From positions 13,961 to 77,960 of the forward strand of contig DATLYE010000057.1 in assembly GCA_035575135.1 (NCBI GenBank): a stretch of 64,000 nt of DNA, written 5' to 3'. The notes below the pieces were generated by a model, which was not told the DNA's origin, searched no databases, and saw only the letters and a list, made by a program, of their open reading frames with translations. The stretch is from Bryobacteraceae bacterium. GTDB lineage: Bacteria > Acidobacteriota > Terriglobia > Bryobacterales > Bryobacteraceae. The translations under genes and the position numbers were made by a program. Positions 9,401 to 20,900 of the stretch are shown here, in pieces (within the stretch, counting starts at the first letter, position 1; each line of letters begins with the position of its first letter).

Positions 9401-11422
9401 CTAGAGGCCGAGGCGGGTGAGGAGGGCGGTGGGGTCGGGGTCGCGGCCCATAAAGGCGCGGAACAAGGCGGCGGGGTCGTCGCTGTCGCCGCGGGCCAGA
9501 ATGGCGTCGCGGAAGGCGCGGCCGGTGGCACGGTCGAAGATGCCGCGCTCCTGGAAGCGGGAAAAGGCGTCCGCGTCCAGCACCTCGGACCATTTGTAGG
9601 AGTAGTAGCCGGCGGCGTAGCCCACGGGGTTGCCGAACAGGTGGGTGAAAGAGGCGATCATCGCGTAGTCTTCCGGGAGAGGCGCGGGTGAGAATTCCTC
9701 GAGCAGGCGCCGGCTCCATGAGAGCAGATCCCGGCCCGGCTCCCAGTCCATGTGCAGGCTCAGATCGAGAAGGCCGAAGCCGAGCTGCCGCATCTGGGCG
9801 CTGGCGGCCCGGAAGGTACGCGCCCGTTTCATTTTCTGGAACAGTTCTTCCGGAAGGGGCTCACCGCTCTGCCAGTGCCGGGCAAACAGGTCCAGCGCCT
9901 CGCGTTCCCAGCACCAGTTCTCCATGATCTGCGACGGCAGCTCGACGAAGTCCCAGGCGACGTTGGTGCCGGCGAGGGTGCGAATCTCGACGCGGCTGAG
10001 GCAGTGATGGAGCAGGTGACCGAATTCGTGGAAGACGGTCTCGACCTCGCGATGGGTGAGCAATGGGGGCCGGTCTTCCAGCGGCGGCGTGAGGTTGCCG
10101 CACAAGACCGCCAGGTGGGGCCGGAAGCCGTCCGGACGCGGGCCGCCGGTCAATAAGGCGTCCATCCAGGCGCCGCCGCGCTTGTTTTCGCGCGGGCGCC
10201 AGTCCGTGTGAAATCCGCCCAGCAGTTCGCCGCTGTCGTCGTAGACTTCGTAATAACGCGTCCCCGGGTCCCAGGAAGGCACGCCGCAGCGCTCTTCGAT
10301 GCGGATTCCGAACAGGCGCGAGGCGATTTCAAAGAGCCCGGAGACGACCTTGTCGAGCGGGAAATAAGGCCGCAGTGCCTCTTCGTCGAAATCGAACAGC
10401 GCCTTACGCTGTTTTTCGGCGTAGTAGGCGATATCCCAGGGCGCCAAGGGAGGCGCGCCGTCCCCTTCCAGCTCGCGGCGGAAGGCTTCGAGCGCAGCTG
10501 TTTCCCGCCGGAAATGAGGCTCAGTTCTCCGCCGCAGATCGAGGAGAAACTCGCGGGCGCGGTCACCGGAGCCGGCCATGCGGTCCTCGAGGGCGTAGTC
10601 GGCGAAGTGGCGGTAGCCGAGCAAGCGGGCTTTCTCGTTGCGCAGCTCAAGAATCCGTTCGATCACGGCGAGGTTGTCGAACGTTCCACCGGCGGCGCGG
10701 GTGTGGTAGGCGCGCCAGACCTGCTCGCGCACGGCGGCATCGTCCAGATAGGTCATCACGGCGGTGTAGCTCGGGGCCTGCAGCGTGAAGCGCCAGCCAT
10801 CAAGTCCGCGGGCTGCGGCGGCCTGACGCGCCATCTCCAGAGCGGAAGGAGGCAGGCCGCGGAGCCGGTCCGGATCGGTGATCCGCAGTTCGAAAGCGTT
10901 GGTGGCGTCGAGGACGTTTTCGGAAAAGCGGGTGGTGAGGCGGGCCAGCTCGACCTCGATTTCCTGGAGTCGCTGCTTGCCGGCGGGTCCCAGCTCGGCG
11001 CCGTGGCGGCGGAAGTCGTCCAGAGTCTTCTTCAGGAAGCGCCGGCGCACACCCTCCAGCCGTGCAGCTTCGGCGGTGGCGGCGTAGTCTTTGATGCGGC
11101 GCCAGAGGTCCGGGTCGAGGGGAATGGCTGCATAGAAGGCGCTGACCTCGGGCTGCACGGCATTGTACGCAGCGCGTAGCTCGGGGGAGGTCGCGACGGC
11201 TTCCAGGTGGCGGACGACGGCGAAGGCGTCATCGAGAGGCTCGGTGAGCGCATCCAGAGCGCCGAGGACTGCCTCGAAGGTGGTGCCGGCGGAGTGAGCC
11301 AGAGCCGCTTTTCGCGAGGCGGCCTGTGCGAGCAGTTCCCGGATGCCAGGTTCGACGTGCTCCGGGCGGATGCGGTCGAAAGGGACGCGGAATTCGATCC
11401 GGAGTAAAGGATTCTCTTGCAT
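9401..11422 (-). CDS. M3 family metallopeptidase (oligopeptidase A / dipeptidyl carboxypeptidase-like)
   Basis: HEFGHLLHH zinc motif. Full-length M3 pattern (..FHTDWRPRENKRGGAWMD..). Starts 12 nt downstream of the lgt stop. Confidence 0.9.
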   Translation of the reverse strand: MQENPLLRIEFRVPFDRIRPEHVEPGIRELLAQAASRKAALAHSAGTTFEAVLGALDALTEPLDDAFAVVRHLEAVATSPELRAAYNAVQPEVSAFYAAIPLDPDLWRRIKDYAATAEAARLEGVRRRFLKKTLDDFRRHGAELGPAGKQRLQEIEVELARLTTRFSENVLDATNAFELRITDPDRLRGLPPSALEMARQAAAARGLDGWRFTLQAPSYTAVMTYLDDAAVREQVWRAYHTRAAGGTFDNLAVIERILELRNEKARLLGYRHFADYALEDRMAGSGDRAREFLLDLRRRTEPHFRRETAALEAFRRELEGDGAPPLAPWDIAYYAEKQRKALFDFDEEALRPYFPLDKVVSGLFEIASRLFGIRIEERCGVPSWDPGTRYYEVYDDSGELLGGFHTDWRPRENKRGGAWMDALLTGGPRPDGFRPHLAVLCGNLTPPLEDRPPLLTHREVETVFHEFGHLLHHCLSRVEIRTLAGTNVAWDFVELPSQIMENWCWEREALDLFARHWQSGEPLPEELFQKMKRARTFRAASAQMRQLGFGLLDLSLHMDWEPGRDLLSWSRRLLEEFSPAPLPEDYAMIASFTHLFGNPVGYAAGYYSYKWSEVLDADAFSRFQERGIFDRATGRAFRDAILARGDSDDPAALFRAFMGRDPDPTALLTRLGL

Positions 11423-11434
11423 CTTCGTGTTGGG

Positions 11435-12214
11435 TCAAGAAGCGCGGGCCGGGGCGCGAGCCAGCAGCCACAGGCCGGTTCCGGCCAAGGCCACGGCGAT
11501 CCACTGCGCGGCCGACAGCGGCCCGCCGAAGGGATTCGGCTGGTCGTGGGCGCGCACAAACTCGATCAGGAAGCGCGCGGTCGAGTAAAGCAGCAGGTAG
11601 AGGCCGATCACGGAGCCGGGGCGGGTGGTGCGCCGGAAGCGGCGCCAGAGGATTACGAAGATGCCGGCTTCGGCCGCCGCTTCGTAGAGCTGGGTGGGAT
11701 GCAGGGGCACATTGAGGGGCGTGCCGAACAGGCGGCCGGCTTCCGGATTGGTGAAGGTGACGGCCCAGGGCAGCGTGCAGGAGGTTCCCCAGCAGCAGCC
11801 GGCGGCAAAGCAGCCGAGTCGCCCGAGGGCGTGTCCGGCGGCGATTCCCGGGGCGAGGATATCGGCCGTTTGAAGGAACGGCATGCGGTGGCGGCGCAGG
11901 TACAGCCAGCCGACGAGCAACGCCAGCAGCAAGCCGCCCTGAAAAACGCCGCCGGCCTGAAGGGTGGAAAGAGAGATGATCTCACCGGGCCGGGCGCGGT
12001 AGTAGTCCCAATCGAGGGCAATCATGAGCACCTTGGCGCCCACGATGCCGGCCAATGCGCAGTAGACGCCGAGGCTGACGATGCGCTCGGGGTCGGCGCC
12101 GCGCACGCGCGCCAGCCGCGAGGCGATTCCCAAGCCCAGCAGGAAGCCGAGCGCGACCAGGAGGCCGTAGGTGGGGAGGAAGAAATCGCCAAACCGGACG
12201 AGGTGGGGGAGCAT
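11435..12214 (-). CDS. lgt: Prolipoprotein diacylglyceryl transferase
   Basis: [24 protein letters not shown].. N-terminus and the Lgt signature HPTQLYEA. The ATG overlaps the lspA stop (TGATG). The track ORF extends a further 100 codons inside lspA and that extension was rejected. Confidence 0.9.
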   Translation of the reverse strand: MLPHLVRFGDFFLPTYGLLVALGFLLGLGIASRLARVRGADPERIVSLGVYCALAGIVGAKVLMIALDWDYYRARPGEIISLSTLQAGGVFQGGLLLALLVGWLYLRRHRMPFLQTADILAPGIAAGHALGRLGCFAAGCCWGTSCTLPWAVTFTNPEAGRLFGTPLNVPLHPTQLYEAAAEAGIFVILWRRFRRTTRPGSVIGLYLLLYSTARFLIEFVRAHDQPNPFGGPLSAAQWIAVALAGTGLWLLARAPARAS

Positions 12215-12711
12215 CAGCGTTTCTCCGGGGGATGCGGGGTCCGCCAGAGCGTGACCAGGAGCAGGATGGCCCCGATGGTGATGGCGCTGTCGGCGATATT
12301 GAACGCGGGCCAGTGGTAGCGGCCGAGGTGGACGTCTATGAAGTCGGTCACCGCGCCGTGCACCAGGCGGTCGTAGAGGTTGCCGCAGGCTCCGCCCAGC
12401 ACGAGAGCCAATGCGACGCGCACGGCGCCCGGCTGCGGGCCGCGCTGCCAGAGCAGCGAGGCCACGAAGGCGAGCACAGCCGCCGAGACGGCGATGAGAA
12501 CCATGGAGCGCCATTCCCCGCCGCCGTCGCTGAAAAGGCCGAAGGCAATGCCCCGATTCTCGGTACGGACGATGTTAAGCAATCCGGGGAGGACCACGTA
12601 GGTGTCCCAGGGACTGACCCGGGCGCGGACGAGGGTCTTGGTGGCCAGATCCAGACTGAGGACGCCTGCGGCGAAGACCAAGGCGGCCAGGCGCGGGGAG
12701 ATTTCAGGCAA
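12214..12711 (-). CDS. lspA: Signal peptidase II (lipoprotein signal peptidase)
   Basis: Motifs NRGIAFGLF and [11 protein letters not shown]. Four hydrophobic segments. Position directly after ileS. Confidence 0.92.
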   Translation of the reverse strand: MPEISPRLAALVFAAGVLSLDLATKTLVRARVSPWDTYVVLPGLLNIVRTENRGIAFGLFSDGGGEWRSMVLIAVSAAVLAFVASLLWQRGPQPGAVRVALALVLGGACGNLYDRLVHGAVTDFIDVHLGRYHWPAFNIADSAITIGAILLLVTLWRTPHPPEKR

Positions 12712-15526
12712 GGGCGATCTCCCGGACGGCGGCCGCGCAGGCGGCGCAGACCGTGGGCAATTCCGGATCGGCCCCGACGTCGAGCGTGTACTTCCAGCAG
12801 CGCTCGCATTTGACGCCGGAAGCGCGCTCTACATGAACCGCGAGCGTGGTGTCGGAGTGGCTTTCGAGTGAAACCTGGGAAACGATGAACAGGGCGGGCA
12901 GCTGGCTCGAATATTCTTCGAGCAGCGGATACAGATCGCTGTCGGCTTTCAGACGGACGTGCGCCTCCAGGGGGGCGCCGATGAATTTTTCCTGGCGCGC
13001 GGCTTCCAGGCTGCGGAGCACGCTTTCGCGCACCTCCATGAGGCGCTCCCAGTTGGCGGCGCGGCGCCGCTCGGCCTCTCCGAGCCCGGCCGTGAGCTCT
13101 TCGGGCTCCGGGAACAGAGCCAAGTGCACACTTTGGGGGGCCCCGGGAAGATGCGGCAGGTAGTCCCAGACCTCTTCCGCCGTGAAGCTCAGCACCGGTG
13201 CGAGCAGGCGCACCAAGGCGTGTGCGATGCGCCAGATGGCGGTCTGGGCGCTGCGGCGCGCCTTTGAGCGCGGCGGCGCCGTGTAGAGGCGGTCCTTGAG
13301 GATGTCGAAATAGACGGCGCTCAGGTCCGTGACCGCGAAGTCGTAGATGGCGTGATAGACCCGGTGGAACTCGAACTCACCGTACCAGGCCCGGCAGCGG
13401 CGCACCAGATCTTCGGCCCGGAACAGGATCCACTGATCGATTTCGAGGAGCTCGGCGGCCGGCACGGCATCCCGGGCGGGGTCGAAATCGCTCAGGTTGC
13501 CCAGGGCGAAACGGAAGGTGTTGCGCAGCTTGCGGTAGGCTTCCGACAGGCGGCTGAGAATGGTCTCCGACATGCGGACGTCTTCGTAGAACTCCACGGA
13601 GGCGGCCCAGAGCCGCAGCACGTCGGCTCCGTAGCGGCTGATGACTTCTTCCGGGGCGATGACGTTGCCGAGGGACTTGGACATGGCACGTCCCTCGCCG
13701 TCGAGGGCCCAGCCGTTGCAGGCGCATTCGCGGTAAGGAGAGGCTCCGCGCAGGCCGACCCCCACCAGCAGCGAGCTGTGGAACCAGCCGCGGTACTGAT
13801 CGCCGCCTTCCAGATAGAGGTCGGAGGGCCAGGGCAGGCCATTGTCCTCTGTGAGCACGGCCAGGTGGCTCGAGCCGGAGTCGAACCACACGTCCAGGAT
13901 GTCGGACTCTTTGGTGAATTCCGTGCGGCCGCATTTCGGGCAACGTGTGCCGGGCGGCAGGAGCTCGGCTGCGGTGCGCTCATACCAGACGTCGGCGCCG
14001 TGTTGGGCGAAGAGCTGGACGACGCCATCCAGGATGCGGCGCTCGGTGAGCGGCTCGCCGCAGTGGGCGCAGTAGAACACGATGATCGGCACGCCCCAGA
14101 TGCGCTGGCGGGAGATGCACCAGTCGGGACGGCCGGCGATCATGTTCGCGATGCGTTCTTCTCCCCAGGCGGGGAGCCAGCGAACCGTGCGGATGGCCTC
14201 GAGGGCCCGCCGGCGGAGGTCGTTGCGCTCCATGCCGATGAACCACTGTTCGGTGGCGCGAAAGATGGTCGGGTTGTGGCAGCGCCAGCAGTGCGGGTAG
14301 CTGTGGGAGACGACGCCTTCGTGGAGCAGGGCGCCGTGCTCGCGCAGGATGCCGATGACGATGGGGTTGGCTTCCCAGACGGTCTTGCCGATCAGTTCGT
14401 CGGGGAGGCGGCCTGCGGCTCCTTCGGCGTGGAAAAAACGCCCCTCGGCGTTGACCGGGCAGTAGGTGGGGATGCCGTATTGCTGGGCGACCAGGTAGTC
14501 CTCAAGGCCGTGTCCCGGGGCGGTGTGGACCGCGCCGGTGCCTTGCTCGAGCGTGACGTGCTCGGCAAGAATGCCCGCTGATTCCCGCTCGAGGAACGGA
14601 TGGCGGAAGCGCGTGCCTTCCAGACGGCTTCCCGGGAAACGGGCGAGGATGTGCGGATCGGGCCAGCCGCACTTTTCCGCGGTCGTTTTCACCAGATCGG
14701 CCGCGACGAGATAGACGTCCTCGCCTACGGCCACGGCCGCGTATTCGTACCGCGGATGGAAGGCGATGGCCATGTTGGCGGGGATGGTCCAGGGTGTCGT
14801 GGTCCAGATGAGCCCCCAGAGGCGCCGGCCGGCAAGGGATTCCTCCACCAGGGCCGGGTCCGAAAGCAGGGCGAAGCGGACCCAGATGGAGGGGCTGGTG
14901 TGGTCTTCGTACTCGACTTCGGCCTCGGCCAGCGCCGTGAGGCAGTGCAGGCACCAATGCACCGGCTTGAGGCCCTTGTAGACGTAGCCACGGTCCAGGA
15001 ATTCGACGAACGCGCCGGCGATGACGGACTGATAGTGCGGGCTCATGGTCAGGTAGGGCGCATCCCAGCGGCCGAGCACACCCAGGCGCTTGAACTCCTC
15101 ACGCTGGACGTTGACCCAGTGCTCGGCGTACTTGCGGCATTCGGACCGGATTTCTACCGGAGACATCTGCGCTTTGCGAGGGCCGAGCTCGCTGTCCACT
15201 TTGATCTCGATGGGCAGCCCGTGGCAGTCCCATCCGGGAATGTAAGGCGAGTCGTAGCCGGCCATCGTCTTGGACTTGACGATGAAATCCTTGAGGATCT
15301 TGTTGAAGGCCGTACCCAGATGGATATGACCGTTGGCGTAGGGAGGGCCGTCATGGAGGACGTACATGGGGCGCCCTCTGCGCGCCTCACGGATCTTGTC
15401 GTAGAGCCTGATCTCCTCCCACCGGGCCAGAATCTGCGGTTCCCGTTCGGGCAGATTGGCCTTCATCGGGAAGTCGGTTCGAGGCAGATTGACCGTCTTC
15501 TTGAGGTCTACGCTCTTGAGACTCAT
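12704..15526 (-). CDS. ileS: Isoleucine--tRNA ligase
   Basis: HIGH-type motif [16 protein letters not shown] motif AMSKSLGN and a C-terminal zinc-binding Cys cluster. 940 aa. 8-nt overlap with lspA. Confidence 0.97.
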   Translation of the reverse strand: MSLKSVDLKKTVNLPRTDFPMKANLPEREPQILARWEEIRLYDKIREARRGRPMYVLHDGPPYANGHIHLGTAFNKILKDFIVKSKTMAGYDSPYIPGWDCHGLPIEIKVDSELGPRKAQMSPVEIRSECRKYAEHWVNVQREEFKRLGVLGRWDAPYLTMSPHYQSVIAGAFVEFLDRGYVYKGLKPVHWCLHCLTALAEAEVEYEDHTSPSIWVRFALLSDPALVEESLAGRRLWGLIWTTTPWTIPANMAIAFHPRYEYAAVAVGEDVYLVAADLVKTTAEKCGWPDPHILARFPGSRLEGTRFRHPFLERESAGILAEHVTLEQGTGAVHTAPGHGLEDYLVAQQYGIPTYCPVNAEGRFFHAEGAAGRLPDELIGKTVWEANPIVIGILREHGALLHEGVVSHSYPHCWRCHNPTIFRATEQWFIGMERNDLRRRALEAIRTVRWLPAWGEERIANMIAGRPDWCISRQRIWGVPIIVFYCAHCGEPLTERRILDGVVQLFAQHGADVWYERTAAELLPPGTRCPKCGRTEFTKESDILDVWFDSGSSHLAVLTEDNGLPWPSDLYLEGGDQYRGWFHSSLLVGVGLRGASPYRECACNGWALDGEGRAMSKSLGNVIAPEEVISRYGADVLRLWAASVEFYEDVRMSETILSRLSEAYRKLRNTFRFALGNLSDFDPARDAVPAAELLEIDQWILFRAEDLVRRCRAWYGEFEFHRVYHAIYDFAVTDLSAVYFDILKDRLYTAPPRSKARRSAQTAIWRIAHALVRLLAPVLSFTAEEVWDYLPHLPGAPQSVHLALFPEPEELTAGLGEAERRRAANWERLMEVRESVLRSLEAARQEKFIGAPLEAHVRLKADSDLYPLLEEYSSQLPALFIVSQVSLESHSDTTLAVHVERASGVKCERCWKYTLDVGADPELPTVCAACAAAVREIALA

Positions 15527-15572
15527 GGGAGGTTGTTATACTAACATCGTACACGACAGGCGCGGCGGGCCC

Positions 15573-16601
15573 ATGATTGTTCACATTTTGACGGCGGCGC
15601 TCGCGGCCGCAGCCGCGCAGCAGGCGGTTGAGACGCAGGATCTTTCCACAGCGGAACGTGCGCTGGTCACCGTTGTGGGACGAGACAGCTCCGGTGCCCT
15701 GCGAGGCAGGGGCATCGGAGTGGCGGTCGCACCGGACGGGCACATCCTCACGAGCGCGCATCCGCTGCACGGCGCCGCCGTGGTGGAGGTCACAACCCAA
15801 GGCGGCGGCGCTACATTCGCGGTAAAGGCCACACTGGCGGAGTCGGTCCCTGCGGAGCTGGTGCGGCTGGCCGTGGAACCCGCCGGCTCCCTTCCCCACG
15901 CTGTGTTGAGCGACCAGGTTCCCGGCTCCGGCCAGCGTCTTTTCCTGCTGATTCCGGGGCGGCGGATCGAGGCGGTCGTCCAGACGGCTCGCAACATTTC
16001 GGGTCTGGGAACGGTGCTGGAACTGAGCGCGCGGGCCGAGGGAGAGCCGGCCGGGGCGCCGCTTGCGGACGCCGAGGGGCGCATTGCGGGGATGGTGCTG
16101 TGGCGATCCCGGAGCCGGCCCGACACCTACATCGCCGCCGCGGCCGACCTTGTGCAGTCGCTTCACCCGCGCCAGGACGCTGCGGGGCAGCATGCGAAGG
16201 CCTGCGGAACCCACGCCGAGCAACTGTACCGCGAGGGCGTGGAACAGCTGGTCGCCCAGCAGTTCGACGAGGCGCGCCGGTACTTCGAGCGGGCCACCGG
16301 CTCCGATCCTCAATGTGCGCCGGCCTGGTTCCATCTCGGTTTTGCGTTCGCCAAGCTGGGGCGGCCGGAAGAACGTGTGAACGCCTACCGGCAAGCCATC
16401 GCGGTGAAGCCGGACTTCGCCGAGGCGCACTACAGTCTGGGGGTGGTCTATGCGCTGGCGAACCGCCGCTCGGATGCCGTCGAAGAGCAGAAGATTCTCG
16501 AGAAGCTCGACGCGGACCTGGCGGCTCAGCTGGCGATGTTGATCGAAGCTGTGACGCACACTGAGCCGCAGGAAGTGCCCGAGACGAAGACGCGCATCTG
16601 A
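15573..16601 (+). CDS. Secreted degenerate trypsin-like (HtrA/S1C-type) domain fused to TPR repeats
   Basis: Signal-like MIVHILTAALAAAAAQQ. GRGIGVAVAPDGHILTSAHPL aligns with the His block of HtrA. LELSARAEGEPAGAPLADAEGRIAGM aligns without gaps to ..INPGNSGGPL.., with the catalytic Ser replaced by Ala. The C-terminus carries TPR units (AWFHLGFAFAKLGRPEE.., AEAHYSLGVVYA..). Confidence 0.6.
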   Translation: MIVHILTAALAAAAAQQAVETQDLSTAERALVTVVGRDSSGALRGRGIGVAVAPDGHILTSAHPLHGAAVVEVTTQGGGATFAVKATLAESVPAELVRLAVEPAGSLPHAVLSDQVPGSGQRLFLLIPGRRIEAVVQTARNISGLGTVLELSARAEGEPAGAPLADAEGRIAGMVLWRSRSRPDTYIAAAADLVQSLHPRQDAAGQHAKACGTHAEQLYREGVEQLVAQQFDEARRYFERATGSDPQCAPAWFHLGFAFAKLGRPEERVNAYRQAIAVKPDFAEAHYSLGVVYALANRRSDAVEEQKILEKLDADLAAQLAMLIEAVTHTEPQEVPETKTRI

Positions 16602-16631
16602 AGGGCGGGCCGATTTTCGGGCCTGCGGCGC

Positions 16632-17930
16632 TCAAGCGGCTCCCGAACACAGTCCGGGGGACGGGGCGGCGCGGTAAGGCTTCCGCTTCCGGTAGCTGCG
16701 CGCGAGTTCCAGATAGACGCCCAGGTCGCGATCCAGGTCGGACTGGGTGCCGTCGAAGTAAAAATTGCGGATCGGGATCCCGCCCAAGTCACGGCTCAAG
16801 CGCGGGTAGATGGCCTCCGAGACGATGCCGTTCATGCAAGTGAACGGGCTGATGTCTATGATGCCGTCCACACCTTTCCGGGCGAGGTAGACGACCTTGC
16901 CGACGTTCAGCACCATCTCGCCCATGGCTCCGTCGGGGGGCAGGTACGGGCGAGCGCACTCGAGGATCTCGTAGATATCCGGCTCCTCATGGCCGGCGAA
17001 ATCTTCGCGAAACGGTTCGAGCAAGGCCCGCTCGTCCCGGTGCTGGATCTTCCAGCGAATCCATGCTGCGAGGGCCTCCCGAGAGAAACGCCTCCCGGCG
17101 AGCTTCAGTTTGCGGAAGCGCTCGGCGCTCGTGTACCAGATCCATTCACTGATGTCGGAGAGCCACGCTTCGGCGCCGTAGCCCTCCAACCGCCGTACCA
17201 AGTCCTCGTTGGAGAAAGTGTGGAGGCGGCAAAAGATCTCGCCGACGACGCCGATCAAGGGAGTGGAAGGATCGCGGCTGACCGGGATGGCGCGGAAGCG
17301 GTCGCGGCAGCGGATCAGGGCCGAGCGGATGGCGCGGAGTTGCGGGGACGGATCCGGCGGGCTCGCTTCGATGGCCGCGCACAGATGGTCGAGGCATTCT
17401 TCGTACACGGCCTCGGTTTCGCCCTTGTTCCGCTCGTAAGGGCGGTAGCGGAGGAGGAGTTTTTGGAGGATGTCGGCCGCCACGAGGGCGCGCCAGCCGG
17501 TGCGCACGAAGGGCCGCGCCAGCTCGCCCAGCCCTTCGTAGGCGTTGTCGCTCGAAGGGGAGATCACTTCCGTTTGGGAGTATCCGCTCAGGGCGAGCAC
17601 ACGGCGGAGGTAGGGGGCGTACTGGCCGAAGCGGCAAGGTCCGTCGGCGGTGGGCATGAACAGGACCACGCGCGCAGGATCCACCCCGGGCGTTTCGAGC
17701 AGCTTCATGAAATCGCCCACCGTCACCTTGGCCGGATAGCATTCGTCGCCCGAGGTGTAGCGAGCTCCGAGTTCGCGGGTGCGCTCATCGGAGGGCGGCA
17801 GGATGTCGGCGTCAATGCCGATGGCGCGGAAGGCGGAAGCGAACGCCCGCGCGCTGCCGTAGGCCATCGGCGGGATATAGACCTTCTTGCCGCGCCAGGG
17901 GTTGCCTGCGGCGGGGCGCGCCGTGCTCAC
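16632..17930 (-). CDS. Acyl-CoA dehydratase activase-related protein (DUF2229-like, YjiM-type partner)
   Basis: KKVYIPPMAYGSARAFASAFRAIGIDADILPPSDERTRELGARYTSGDECYPAKV is typical of the uncharacterised domain accompanying BadF/BcrAD activases. The GTG start overlaps the upstream stop (GTGA). Confidence 0.65.
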   Translation of the reverse strand: MSTARPAAGNPWRGKKVYIPPMAYGSARAFASAFRAIGIDADILPPSDERTRELGARYTSGDECYPAKVTVGDFMKLLETPGVDPARVVLFMPTADGPCRFGQYAPYLRRVLALSGYSQTEVISPSSDNAYEGLGELARPFVRTGWRALVAADILQKLLLRYRPYERNKGETEAVYEECLDHLCAAIEASPPDPSPQLRAIRSALIRCRDRFRAIPVSRDPSTPLIGVVGEIFCRLHTFSNEDLVRRLEGYGAEAWLSDISEWIWYTSAERFRKLKLAGRRFSREALAAWIRWKIQHRDERALLEPFREDFAGHEEPDIYEILECARPYLPPDGAMGEMVLNVGKVVYLARKGVDGIIDISPFTCMNGIVSEAIYPRLSRDLGGIPIRNFYFDGTQSDLDRDLGVYLELARSYRKRKPYRAAPSPGLCSGAA

Positions 17931-20900
17931 TGCGGCCTCCCTGCCGTCTGAGCCGCGGCAGCCGCCCGGTAGCAGCGCAGGATTCCCTTGCTGTCCAGGT
18001 AAGCCTCACACCGCGTCATGTAGCCGGCATCGTTGCCGTGCCCGTCGAATTGGAGGACCAGATACGGTGAACCTGCGGCTTCGCGGGTGAAGTGTTTGAT
18101 ATAGGAGTCGGGCCCGCACTTGAAGTTGGAGATGTAGATCAGATGCAGGTTGGGGTGCGCGGCGGCCAGGCGCGCCGCGGCCAGAATTTTGCGGCCCGAG
18201 GTCCAGTACATGTTCGGATGCAGGTCGCTCACCGGTTCCCGGCCCGTGACCAGAAAGTCTATGGGGATGACGTTGGCGCCGTAGCGGTGGCGTAGTTTGC
18301 GGGGAACGTCGCAGTTCACGTTGCGATCGTAAATGTTGTAGCCCCGCCCCACGAGGATCAGGCCCGGCTCGCCCCAGCGTTCGAGCTCGGCGAGGGCGCG
18401 CCGGCCGGCTTCGAGCAGCCGTTGCTGAAACTCGCGCTGCGCGGCGTAGGCCGCATCCGCGGCACGGTCGCTCGAGCGGCGCGAGACGCCCAGCCGCCGC
18501 ACGGTCTCGGCGAGGCTCTTTTTGACGTGTTCGCGCCCGAGCTGGAAGTGCAGCGTCGGGATCAGGAACTTGTGGGCGTGGGCCTCCAGCCCGGGTGCGC
18601 TTCGCAGCACGAACGGCAGCGTCTGGTTCCAGGGGCAGAAGTGGGCGATCCGGTCGTCCTCCGACTCGGCATCGAGCATGTTCGGCACCAGGATATAGTC
18701 CACGCCGGCCTCGGCCAGTGCGGCCACGTGGCCGTGGGCGATCTGGACGGGGTAGCAGGGCTGGGCCAGCGCCAGCTCCACGCCGCGGGCGGCGATGGTC
18801 GGGTCCGTGGGAGGCGAAAGCACGACCTCGCAGCCGAGCTCGGTGAAGTAGCGGTGCCAGAAGGGATAGCGGTCGAAAGTGGACATGGCCCGCGGGATGC
18901 CGATGCGCGGCCCTGTGGCGGCTCGCTCCGCAGTCAAGGCGGTAAGGAGCTCTTCGCGGAACTCGAAGAGGTCTTCGATGACCGGCTTGCGGCCGGTGGC
19001 CGAGGGCTTGCGGAAGCGGTCCGAGCATTTGTCGCCCCAGTAGCTTTTCTGCCCTTCGATGTTGAACTCTTTGATGTCGCAGTAGTTGGAGCAGGCCTTG
19101 CAGACGAAGTCGCGGGTGGTGATCTTCAGGCGCGACAGATCGTAGCCGCGGAACCGGGTGGGTGCCCCGGTGGCGAGCCACCACTGGCGTGCGATGAGGG
19201 CCATACCGATGGCTCCCATCACGCCGTTGTAGGGCGGCACGATGATCTTTTTGCCCAGCAGGCCGGCGAAGGCGGCGGCGACGGCGTCGTTATAGGCCGT
19301 GCCGCCCTGGAAGTAGATCACGTTGCCGATGCGCCGCCCGCGGACGACGCGGTTCAGGTAGTTGAGTGCGATGGAGTAGGCCAGACCTGCCAGCAGGTTG
19401 GGCACGGTCTCGCCTTTGTGCAGCCAGCCGGTCACGTCGCGCTCCATGAAGACGGTGCAGCGTTCGCCGAGGCGGGTGGGCGCCGGGGCCGCGAGGGCGA
19501 GCCGGGCGAATTCACCTTTGATGCTGACGCCGAGTTTTTCGGCCTGCTCTTCGAGGAAAGAGCCGGTGCCGGCGGCGCAGGCCTCGTTCATGGCGAAATC
19601 CACGACGACGCCGTTTTCGATGGCGATGAACTTGGAGTCCTGGCCTCCGATTTCGAAGATGGTATCCACCATCTCAGTGCCGAGCGTGGTGCTGACGTGC
19701 ATGGCGCCGGTCTTGTGGGCGGTGATTTCGTCGTTGACCACGTCGGCGCCGATCAGTTCGGCGATGAGCTCGCGTCCGGAACCGGTGGTGCCCACGCCGC
19801 GGATGTCGAGCCGCCGGCCCCAGCGCTGCTCCACCTCGCGGAGGCCTTGCCGCACGGCCTCCACGGGCCGGCCTGCCGTGCGCAGATAGACGTCGTGGAT
19901 GACGCGGCCGAATTCGTCCATGGCGACCACGTTGGTGGAGACGGAACCGATGTCGAGGCCGAGGAAGGCGGCAATGGGACCCTCGCCGGGCGGGGCGGTG
20001 TAGGGCAGCACGCGATCGCGGAGCAGCACCACGTTGTCCATGGACAGCGGGACGGTGTCGCGGGGCCGCGCCTCGGCTTCATGCTGGTTGAGGCGGTGGA
20101 TATCGCGGAAGGAGCGCTTGCGGCGCTCGGCGGCTTCGAGCATGGCGGTGCCGATGGCTCCGCACCAGGCGTAAAGATCGGGAACGAACAGCTGGCCGGC
20201 GGCGAGCCCGAAGGCCTCGCGCAAGGCCTGGACGACACCGCTGTTCTGCGAGACGGCGCCGATCAAGGCCACGGGCGGGACCACAGGCCGGCCCTTGACG
20301 ATGCTCGCCTTGTAATTACGCGCCACGGCGTCGCAGAGGCCGCGGAGGATCTCGGCAGGCGTGTAGCCCTTTTGCTGCGCGTGGATCATGTCGGACTTGG
20401 CGAACACCGAGCAGCGTCCGGCAATGCGGGCGGCGCAGCCGGCGGTGGCCACCACGGCGCCCACCTCCTCGACGGCGTAGTCCATCCGGAGCGCCTGCTG
20501 GTCGAGGAAGGAGCCAGTGCCTGCCGCGCACTCGCCGCTGCGGTCGTAGTCCACGATGCCGCACTCTCCGGTCCCGGATTGCGGCTCCAGGCGGATGTAT
20601 TTGGAGCTCTCGCCGCCGATTTCAAAGATGGTTCGCACCTGCGGATAAAAGGCGGAGAACATCCGGGCGATGGCCTTGAATTCGTTTTCGAAGTAGATGC
20701 CGAGGATGCGGGCGATGGTGCGGCTCCCCGAGCCGGTGACACGAATGCCTTCGATCTGCCGTTCGGGGACCTTTTCGTAGAACTCCTGGAGGAGGTTAAA
20801 GGCGGCCTCGATGGGGCTGCCGGTAATGCGCCGGTAGGCGGAGATGACCAAGGGGAGGCCGTTCCATTCGAGCAGGCGGAAGGGAGCGCCTTCGCCCGCC

